Origin: Thermofilum pendens Hrk 5
GTDB taxonomy: Archaea > Thermoproteota > Thermoprotei > Thermofilales > Thermofilaceae
NCBI RefSeq assembly: GCF_000015225.1
Contig: NC_008698.1
Span: 720,001-752,000 of the forward strand
DNA length: 32,000 bases
Direction: 5' to 3'
Positions 8,202 through 15,270 of this stretch are shown one piece after another. The position numbers and the translations under genes were made by a program. Each line of letters begins with the position of its first letter. Position 1 is the stretch's first letter. Below the pieces are notes generated by a model. It saw only the letters and a program-made list of their open reading frames with translations. It had not been told where the DNA came from and made no database searches.

Positions 8202-9701
8202 TTATGCGAGAAGGTCGGGTACGCGGGCTCCTGGTGCTCTGTACACCGTTTTCCCTCCTACTAGCACCGCGTACGCCCTCAGAGCTTCGTACTCCTTCTT
8301 CGACGTCGGGAGCCTCGTAGAGTTGAGCACGACGATCGAAGGTCTCCGTTGATCGTACGATGTGTAGAGCCTGAGAGCCTCCACGAAGCTCATCTTCTCC
8401 CCGTAAGTGTAGCGGCATACGGGTAGCCCCTCGGGGCACCCTCTCTCCACGGCGGCGTAGACGCCGAGCCAGGGGTTAATCGGCTCGACCGGTGCATCCG
8501 AGGAGCCGTAAACGCGCGTACGGGCTTGGAGCGACTTGAACGCATAGACCCACTCCGCCCTCTCTCCGAGCCTCTCAGTTATCCACGTATCGCTCAGGAT
8601 GAAGTGCGGTTGCACCGCTATCTCGGGTTTCACCGCCCCTATCTTTTCCAGGATGTCTGGCGGAGTCAAAGAAGCGTGCTCTATCCTCAAGGAGCCCCGC
8701 GGGAGTTGCTCAGCGGCTTTAAGCGCCTCCGCTACAGCGAGGTCTCCGATGGCATGCACGGCTGTCTGCAGCCCGAGGGACAACGCCCTCCTGGCCACTG
8801 AGAGGATACCCTCCGACGAGATGCGGAGCACCCCCCTCGTCTCGGCGTCGGAGTACTTCTCGCGTAGAGCGGCGGTTCTAGCCCCGAAGCTACCGTCAGC
8901 GAATATCTTCACCCCGTGTACGAGTCCTTTGTACTCCCTAGCGGCGAGCTCCGCGATACCCGGATCCACGTATGCCCGGTACCCGATGGGAAGCGTTGTC
9001 AGCACCCTCTGGACGGCTTCGAGCTCTTCCAGGCTGACGGACATCGAGTGAAGCTCGGTTACACCTAGGGACACGTACTCCGAGAGTACTCTCAGTATCC
9101 ACGACTTTAGGAGCTCAGGCGGGGGCGGCGGGATCCTCGACACCACGTAGTCTACGAGGTCCTCGTAGACTATCCCCGTGGGCACGCCCCCCTCCTTCTC
9201 CAGCAGGGCGCCGAAGCCTCTCTCGCTGTCGAGGAGGCCCATCTTCCTCAAGGCGAGAGTGTTGAGGAGGGCTACGTGTCCACAGACGCGTATAAGGACG
9301 ACCGGGTTGTCCCCGGTCACGTCGTCAATGTCAAAGCGGGTAGGCATCCTCCTCTCCTTCAACTTCTCCTGGTCCCACCCCCTACCGACTATCCACGAAC
9401 CGGGAGGAGCCTCCTTTACCGCTGCCTTCAAGACCTCTCTGATTTCCTCCAAGGAGCTGACGCCCCTGAGGTCCAACCTACCGAGGCTCAACGCGGTGGA
9501 GTACAGGTGCATGTGCGCGTCCACGAGCCCCGGCACCACGACTCTACCCTCGACGTCCACGACGAGGTCCGCCCCTGTCTTCAGGGCCGCGCTCTCGCTC
9601 CCGACGAAGACTATGCCGGAAGAAGGCGAGTAAACCACGGAGTCCGAGCCGGGACTCCAGGGTACGAAGGCGTTAACGAACGCTATCTTCACTCGAACCA
9701 C
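8202..9701 (-). CDS. metal-dependent amidohydrolase (amidohydrolase-3 / YtcJ-like)
   Basis: The 499-aa product has the 'VVPGLVDAHMHLYS' metal-binding HxH motif, plus 'AVHAIGD' and 'YGSDAPVEP'. The track start is GTG 9701. An alternative GTG at 9692 forms a GTGA overlap with the upstream gene's TGA (9691-9689). Confidence 0.85.
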   Translation of the reverse strand: MVRVKIAFVNAFVPWSPGSDSVVYSPSSGIVFVGSESAALKTGADLVVDVEGRVVVPGLVDAHMHLYSTALSLGRLDLRGVSSLEEIREVLKAAVKEAPPGSWIVGRGWDQEKLKERRMPTRFDIDDVTGDNPVVLIRVCGHVALLNTLALRKMGLLDSERGFGALLEKEGGVPTGIVYEDLVDYVVSRIPPPPPELLKSWILRVLSEYVSLGVTELHSMSVSLEELEAVQRVLTTLPIGYRAYVDPGIAELAAREYKGLVHGVKIFADGSFGARTAALREKYSDAETRGVLRISSEGILSVARRALSLGLQTAVHAIGDLAVAEALKAAEQLPRGSLRIEHASLTPPDILEKIGAVKPEIAVQPHFILSDTWITERLGERAEWVYAFKSLQARTRVYGSSDAPVEPINPWLGVYAAVERGCPEGLPVCRYTYGEKMSFVEALRLYTSYDQRRPSIVVLNSTRLPTSKKEYEALRAYAVLVGGKTVYRAPGARVPDLLA

Positions 9702-10567
9702 CCTGCTCCGAGCGCGTAAATGGCCTTCTCCGTGGCTTCGACCTGTCCCTGGCGGATAGAGACGTAGCCGTAGAGGAACAGCCTTCTCGCCACGGCGACT
9801 CCTTCTCCGGGATTCAGTTCTCTCGCCGCCTCGAGGAAAGCCTTGTAGCTCGTGACGAGCCCTGAGGCTTCGACCTCCCTGAGTAGTTCCAGCGCAAGCC
9901 CTTCCTTCTCCTGGAACGCGAACCTGAGGAGGCTCGGAGGCTTTCTCGGCTGGGGTAGCTTGAAGCTGAACGGTACCTTTTCGTAGATCTCGTTCTTCGA
10001 TAGATCAACGTTGATGTCGACGGCGGCCCTCACCCTCAAGGCTCTAGGCATTCTCTCTATCAATGCGCGCCTATAGCCGGGAAGACCGCTTAGCTTCAAC
10101 CTCTCCCAGTAGTCGAGGTACGGCGGGTTCAGGAGGATTATCCTCCGAGCACCCATTGAGAGCGCTACGTGGACGAAGCTTGCTAGGAAGACTGCGCCGA
10201 GGCTACTCGCATCTAGGCAGACCTCGCTTTTCCCAAGAGCGGCGAGGGTTGAAGTCGATGGCGCGAAAGGCAAAAGGCACGCGCAGCGACTACTGGATGG
10301 CTGGTCTTCTACGTGCATCGACAGGTAGAGTAGCTCCCTCCAGCCCTCAGGGGAGACGGCGGCGGCCTTAGCAACAGTGTTAGGGCCCGGCGCCGTCCTC
10401 AGCAGGAACGCAACCGCGTGGTGGCTACGCACGAAGCCATCCTCGCGTAGCGCCAGTGCCAGTACGTGGTCGGGGGCTACGACGCCGGGTCTTTCCTCGC
10501 AGGAGGGCAGAACCTGGAACGAGTCCTCCGGGCAACCCTCCCGCCCGTAGCGTACCTCGACGCTCAT
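9689..10567 (-). CDS. hypothetical protein containing an NPPY tetrapeptide and a C-terminal helical region
   Basis: This is a 292-aa ATG ORF, 6 nt after the upstream stop and overlapping the downstream start. It contains 'VCLDASSLGAVFL..ARRIILLNPPYLDYW'. I cannot assign a family with confidence. Confidence 0.6.
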   Translation of the reverse strand: MSVEVRYGREGCPEDSFQVLPSCEERPGVVAPDHVLALALREDGFVRSHHAVAFLLRTAPGPNTVAKAAAVSPEGWRELLYLSMHVEDQPSSSRCACLLPFAPSTSTLAALGKSEVCLDASSLGAVFLASFVHVALSMGARRIILLNPPYLDYWERLKLSGLPGYRRALIERMPRALRVRAAVDINVDLSKNEIYEKVPFSFKLPQPRKPPSLLRFAFQEKEGLALELLREVEASGLVTSYKAFLEAARELNPGEGVAVARRLFLYGYVSIRQGQVEATEKAIYALGAGWFE

Positions 10568-10573
10568 CGCTAG

Positions 10574-10978
10574 TCACGCGAAATAGTGTCTGCCATCCTC
10601 GCTCCTCTGCGGTTGGGGAGGCGGCGGGAGGGGGAGCGACGGAGGTATCCCCAGCTCTCTCAGGAGGAGCATCGTCTCGAAAAGTACATTCGAGGAGAGC
10701 ATCTGGATTATCTGGGGGTCTGGGCGCCCGTTCTTCAGCCCCTCCTGTAGCTCTTTAAGCTCCCCCTCCGAAGCGGAGACGCTTATCCTACCCTTCAGCG
10801 ACACAGTGAAGAACGCCGGCACGCTCGTAACATTCGCGAGGAACTCTGCGACCAGCTCGCCGCCTACAATGTTCATTGAGGTTGGAAAGGTGAGTTGCAC
10901 GTTAACGTTTATCTGCGCACCGGTGGGCTCTGAGAGTTTCTCAGCGTGGATATACGTGTAGGTAAGGGACACCTTCAT
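10574..10978 (-). CDS. small beta-sheet + helix protein with a Pro-rich tail; possible SecB-like fold
   Basis: This is a 134-aa ATG ORF. It has four beta-strand-like segments (VSLTYTYIHAEKL / QINVNVQLTF / ELVAEFLANVTS / FFTVSLKGRISVSA), followed by the helix 'PQIIQMLSSNVLFETMLLLRELGIPPSLPLPPP'. This parallels E. coli SecB '..[32 protein letters not shown]'. The similarity was judged by eye only. Confidence 0.55.
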   Translation of the reverse strand: MKVSLTYTYIHAEKLSEPTGAQINVNVQLTFPTSMNIVGGELVAEFLANVTSVPAFFTVSLKGRISVSASEGELKELQEGLKNGRPDPQIIQMLSSNVLFETMLLLRELGIPPSLPLPPPPQPQRSEDGRHYFA

Positions 10979-11013
10979 ACTAAGCCTTAAGTACTTTGAG
11001 GCAAAAATAGTTA

Positions 11014-12885
11014 ATGATGAGCGTAATCGAAGGGTCCCCGGGAGAGGTGAAGCTTCTCCTGGGTAACGAGGCTATAGCGAGGGGTGCCCTGGAGGCCGGC
11101 ATCTCGGTTGCAACGGCTTACCCCGGGACGCCGTCCACAGAGATCGTGGAGACACTGGCAGAGGTCGGCGAGAGGTACGGCGTCTACGTTGAGTGGAGCA
11201 CGAACGAGAAGGTAGCACTAGAGATAGCCATCGGCGCGTCCATGATGGGCCTTAGAGCGTTAACAGCGATGAAGCACGTCGGCGTGAACGTGGCCTCGGA
11301 CCCCTTGATGAGCTTAGGGTACACCGGAGTCGTTGGGGGGCTCGTCATAGTCACGGCGGATGATCCGAACGCACACAGTAGCCAGAACGAGCAGGACAAC
11401 AGGATCTACGGGCTTCACTCGTATATCCCCGTTTTCGAGCCTTCATCGCCCCAGGAGGCTAAGGACATGGTGAGAGATCTCTACGATCTCTCGGAGAAGT
11501 ACTCCACCGCCGTCTTTCTGAGAACAACTACGAGGCTGTCCCACAGCAGGGGTGAAGTGACTCTGGGGGAGTTGCGGGGCGCGGGTAGGGAGCCCCGTTT
11601 CCACAGGGACCCAGAGCGGTGGGCGTTGCTGCCGCCCTACAATCTTGTGAAGCACCGCGAGGCCGTTAACAGGATCAAGAGGCTAGAGGAAGACCTCTCC
11701 AGCTTTAAGTACAACTGGGTCGAGCCGGGCGACAGCATGGTCGCCGTAGTGGCAGTAGGGGCTACCTACGCGTACGTCAAGGAGGCTGTCTCCAAGCTCG
11801 GGGTGAAACCGACCATTTTCAAGCTTTCATCCACGTACCCGGTCCCGAGGGGGTTCGCCGTTAAGGCTCTCTCCTACGAGAGGTTGCTGGTGGTAGAGGA
11901 GCTGGAGCCGTTCGTCGAGAAGGAGCTGAAGGTGATAGCCTTCGAGGAGGGCATGAAGCCCGAAATACATGGCAAGGATCTCCTGCCGAGAGTAGGGGAG
12001 CTCTCCACGGCGCTTGTTGCGCAAGCCATTGCGAAGTTCCTCGGAGTTCCCTACGAGCCGCCGAGGACGTACACACCCGGCGTGGAGTTGCCCAGGAGGC
12101 CCCCCGTTCTATGCGCAGGTTGCGGCCACAGGTCGACGTACTACGCGGTGAAGCTCGCGGCTGCGAGGGCTAGGGTGAAGCCGGTCTACGCGAACGACAT
12201 AGGTTGCTACACGCTAGGCTTCTACCCGCCCTTCGAGATGGCGGACTTCACGTGGAGCATGGGATCGGCGCTCGGGATAGGGATGGGTATATCCAAGTTC
12301 AGCAAGGAACCCGTCATCGCTTTCATAGGCGACTCTACGTTCTACCACGCGGGCATACCCGGGCTCATAAACGCGGTTTACAACAGGATACCACTGGTGG
12401 TCGTCGTCATGGATAACGGGATAACAGCCATGACCGGGCATCAGCCCCACCCTGGTAGCGGGTTCGGCCCCGCCGGGGAGCCGAGGCCCGTCGTGAAGAT
12501 AGAGGACATAGCCAAGGCTGTGGGCGTCGAGTTCGTAGAGGTGGTGGATGCCTACGACGTGCCGGCGGTCAGGGATGCGGTAGAGAGGGCTATCAGGTAC
12601 GTGGTAGAGAAGAGTAGGCCGGCTGTCGTGGTCTCCAGGAGGCCTTGTGCCCTGATGGAGCTTAGGAGGAAGCGGCTGAGCGGGGAGAGGGTCGTGCCCT
12701 ACTACGTAGACCAGGAGAGGTGCGTGAGGTGCGGTATATGCGTGGACAAGTTCTCGTGCCCGGCTATTGTCCGCGAGGAGGACGGCAGGGTAGTTATCCT
12801 CCCGGAGGTCTGTGTCGGGTGCGGTGTGTGCGCAACGATATGCCCCGCGAAGGCTATACACCCTGTAGGCGGGTCTTCGGGGTGA
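11014..12885 (+). CDS. iorA: indolepyruvate:ferredoxin oxidoreductase, alpha subunit
   Basis: The 623-aa product has the N-terminal 'LLLGNEAIARGALEAGISVATAYPGTPSTEI', the TPP region 'GDSTFYHAGIPGLINA', and two C-terminal 4Fe-4S motifs, 'CVRCGICVDKFSCP' and 'CVGCGVCATICP'. An alternative start is GTG 11047. Confidence 0.9.
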   Translation: MMSVIEGSPGEVKLLLGNEAIARGALEAGISVATAYPGTPSTEIVETLAEVGERYGVYVEWSTNEKVALEIAIGASMMGLRALTAMKHVGVNVASDPLMSLGYTGVVGGLVIVTADDPNAHSSQNEQDNRIYGLHSYIPVFEPSSPQEAKDMVRDLYDLSEKYSTAVFLRTTTRLSHSRGEVTLGELRGAGREPRFHRDPERWALLPPYNLVKHREAVNRIKRLEEDLSSFKYNWVEPGDSMVAVVAVGATYAYVKEAVSKLGVKPTIFKLSSTYPVPRGFAVKALSYERLLVVEELEPFVEKELKVIAFEEGMKPEIHGKDLLPRVGELSTALVAQAIAKFLGVPYEPPRTYTPGVELPRRPPVLCAGCGHRSTYYAVKLAAARARVKPVYANDIGCYTLGFYPPFEMADFTWSMGSALGIGMGISKFSKEPVIAFIGDSTFYHAGIPGLINAVYNRIPLVVVVMDNGITAMTGHQPHPGSGFGPAGEPRPVVKIEDIAKAVGVEFVEVVDAYDVPAVRDAVERAIRYVVEKSRPAVVVSRRPCALMELRRKRLSGERVVPYYVDQERCVRCGICVDKFSCPAIVREEDGRVVILPEVCVGCGVCATICPAKAIHPVGGSSG

Positions 12886-12889
12886 GAGC

Positions 12890-13489
12890 GTGGCGGGTAA
12901 GAGCATCGTTATAGCAGGGGTTGGCGGGCAAGGTCTCATCACGATAGGAACAGTGGTTGCCCAAGCACTGATAAGGAAGGGGTACAGCGTCAGGGTGGGA
13001 GAGGTTCACGGCCTGAGCCAGAGGGGAGGCTCCGTCGTGGTCTTCCTCAAGTACGGGCAGGGCCCGTTATCGCCCATCGTGGATCAGGGAGAAGCGGACG
13101 TGCTCCTAGGGCTAGAGCTCATAGAGACGTTGCGTAGGGTGCCGTTGCTCTCAAAGGAGGGGGTCGTGCTCGCTAACAACTTCTTCTTACCCCCGCCCGC
13201 CGCGAAGTCCCCTAGCAGGAGCGCGGTGCTGAACGCCTTGAAGGGGCTGGGCGCGAGGGTCGTGCTTTTAGAGGCGGACGAGTTGGCCCTGAAGGCGGGG
13301 TCCCCGATCACTGTGAACATGGTTATGCTGGGCGCCCTAATAGGTACCGGTAGGATCGACTTAACCCTAGAGGACGCCGCGGACGTTTTAAGGTCGCGCT
13401 TCAAGGGCAAGGTGCTGGAGATGAACCTCGAAGCCCTTAAGCTAGGCTATACAGCCGCGCAGGAGCAACTAGAAGGCCAGCGACTTTAG
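12890..13489 (+). CDS. iorB: indolepyruvate:ferredoxin oxidoreductase, beta subunit
   Basis: This is a 199-aa ORF with a GTG start 4 nt after the iorA stop. The N-terminal 'IVIAGVGGQGLITIG' is typical of the 2-oxoacid oxidoreductase gamma-type domain. Confidence 0.85.
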   Translation: MAGKSIVIAGVGGQGLITIGTVVAQALIRKGYSVRVGEVHGLSQRGGSVVVFLKYGQGPLSPIVDQGEADVLLGLELIETLRRVPLLSKEGVVLANNFFLPPPAAKSPSRSAVLNALKGLGARVVLLEADELALKAGSPITVNMVMLGALIGTGRIDLTLEDAADVLRSRFKGKVLEMNLEALKLGYTAAQEQLEGQRL

Positions 13490-14596
13490 AGCTGCGCTTG
13501 CGAGGAGGGTTGGGCGCGAGAGGAAAAGTTTCGCGGAGAGCTTCAGCGCCACCGCCGATTGAACGTCCATGGAGCCCTCGCTGGCCACGATCTCTTCTCC
13601 TCCCACTTCTTTCAGCGCCTGGAAGAGCTCGTCCAGCTCTGCGTCCGAAAGAGAGTTCAAGGCTTTCCTAACGAGCAACTGTACGTGCATCTCCCTGCCC
13701 AAGGCCCGCTTAACAGCCTCTCCGTAAGCCTCCGGTCTATCACTCAGTATCGCATCCGACAGTGCACGCGCCGCGATCGAAAGGTACACGAGACCACCCC
13801 CAGTCGTGGGCTTCGTCTGCCCAGCCGAGTCTCCCAGTAAGAAAAGCCTGTCCCCGGCGTAGACGTCGACCATTCCGCCCGTATAGACGGCGCCGCCGAA
13901 CACTCTCAGCCTTTTCACCACCTTCACGCCTACACGCGACAGCGCGAGCATCAAGTACTTCAGCCTTAGGAGGACGTTGCCCCTACTAGCAAGGCCTACC
14001 CTGTAGGTTCCGTCCTCGAGCGGGATTGCCCACGCGAATAGCCCTCGGGAGAACTTCTCGCCCAGAAACACGTAGAGATGGTCTGTATCCCCAACCTCGT
14101 CCTCCACGCGTACATCGAGCTGCAGCGCCGGTAGCAGGAACTCTCTTTTCTCACCGTGCAGTACCGACAAGAAGCCCGTACCGCCGGCGATAACCCCTAT
14201 CGCCCCCCTCTTCCTCACGGAAAGCGCGAAGCCTCCCAGCGTTTGCCGCGCGCCTAGAAGTACCCGGGCACCGGCCGATACTGCCTCCTCGTAAAGCTTT
14301 TCCTCTAAAAGCTTCCTCTCGATTATAGCAGCAACCTCGGAGCCCCGCCTTGCCAGGAAAACTTTCCCGGAGGGGGAGACGAAGCGCGCGCCCCTAAACC
14401 TGTTTAGGACGAGCCCCCGCTCGCCGACACCTATCCACTTCCTAAGTCCCTCTATGCTGACAAGCCCGGTGCAGTGCTGGGGTAGCCCGACCCTTTCGTG
14501 CTCCTCGTAGACGTATACATCGCCGTCGCCGTAGCCCTTGAGGAACCTGGCCAGCTGCAAACCGGCAGGGCCCCCGCCCAGTACGAGTACGTCCAA
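13469..14596 (-). CDS. geranylgeranyl-reductase-family FAD-dependent oxidoreductase
   Basis: The 375-aa product has the N-terminal dinucleotide fold 'DVLVLGGGPAGL' and the motif 'LLGDSAGQTKPTTGGGL'. The only start that preserves the GxGxxG motif is TTG 14596. Confidence 0.8.
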   Translation of the reverse strand: MDVLVLGGGPAGLQLARFLKGYGDGDVYVYEEHERVGLPQHCTGLVSIEGLRKWIGVGERGLVLNRFRGARFVSPSGKVFLARRGSEVAAIIERKLLEEKLYEEAVSAGARVLLGARQTLGGFALSVRKRGAIGVIAGGTGFLSVLHGEKREFLLPALQLDVRVEDEVGDTDHLYVFLGEKFSRGLFAWAIPLEDGTYRVGLASRGNVLLRLKYLMLALSRVGVKVVKRLRVFGGAVYTGGMVDVYAGDRLFLLGDSAGQTKPTTGGGLVYLSIAARALSDAILSDRPEAYGEAVKRALGREMHVQLLVRKALNSLSDAELDELFQALKEVGGEEIVASEGSMDVQSAVALKLSAKLFLSRPTLLASAALKSLAF

Positions 14597-14616
14597 GCCC
14601 CTCCCCGGCGTGAGGG

Positions 14617-15228
14617 CTAGAAGACCTGCCTAGAGGTAGGCTTCAATTCCTTGCTGAGCCGCTTTAACAGGTAAACGAAGTACTCTACCCACTCCTTGCT
14701 CACCCCCTCCAAGTGGTTCAGAGCGGATGCGCCGTCCCCCTCAACCTTGGATGCCAGTAGTCTCGCAAGCTCCACGAGCCCTTTCCCGTTGTAGGTCTTC
14801 TTCAAAGCTTCGAGCTCGCCGAGAACCTCGGAGCCCCTCCTGAGGGCAACCCCCCGCATGAGGAGCCAGCTCTCGCTGAAAGCTTTGAAGATTTTTCTCG
14901 CCTCGTCGGAGCCTGTCTCCGTAAGCCTTACAACTCTCCTTTCACCGTCTCTGTATGCCTGCCGGCTCCTGAAAATGAAACCTCTCTCCTCCAGCCTTCT
15001 CAGAGCCTCGCTTACAGCCTCGAAGTAGGGCAGGTAGAGGGACGGCGAGAGACGCAGAGAGACGAAGGGGTAGATTGCCAGTATAAAGTGAATTATCTCC
15101 TCGCCGTAGATAGGCGTCCGCCCGTCAAGGTACAGGAGTAGAAGGACGAAGTCGTCGAGGGACGGCTCGCGCACGGGTGTAAGGCCCATCTCGCCGGCAA
15201 CGCCGACCTTCCAATCCGCCTCGGTCAA
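14617..15228 (-). CDS. PadR-like winged-helix protein
   Basis: This is a 203-aa ORF. 'FVLLLLYLDGRTPIYGEEIIHFIL..SEALRRLEERGFIFRSRQAYRDGERRVVRLTETG' follows the PadR-type wHTH pattern. The start is TTG 15228, with ATG 15189 as an alternative. Confidence 0.55.
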   Translation of the reverse strand: MTEADWKVGVAGEMGLTPVREPSLDDFVLLLLYLDGRTPIYGEEIIHFILAIYPFVSLRLSPSLYLPYFEAVSEALRRLEERGFIFRSRQAYRDGERRVVRLTETGSDEARKIFKAFSESWLLMRGVALRRGSEVLGELEALKKTYNGKGLVELARLLASKVEGDGASALNHLEGVSKEWVEYFVYLLKRLSKELKPTSRQVF

Positions 15229-15258
15229 GTGCTCACCCTACTCTCCCAACTCGAGCGC

Positions 15259-15270
15259 CTATATATTCAT
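15259..15270 (-). promoter_or_regulatory. TATA-like box (minus-strand reading atgaatatatag) for the PadR-like gene
   Basis: This is the strongest AT box in the region. It overlaps the stop codon of the upstream 638-aa gene and lies ~35 nt upstream of TTG 15228. Confidence 0.4.

Noticed and set aside
12214-12942. 242-aa minus-strand ORF
   Set aside because: It is entirely antisense to iorA/iorB, which carry unambiguous TPP and 4Fe-4S motifs. Its Pro/Arg/His-rich composition is typical of antisense frames in GC-rich DNA.
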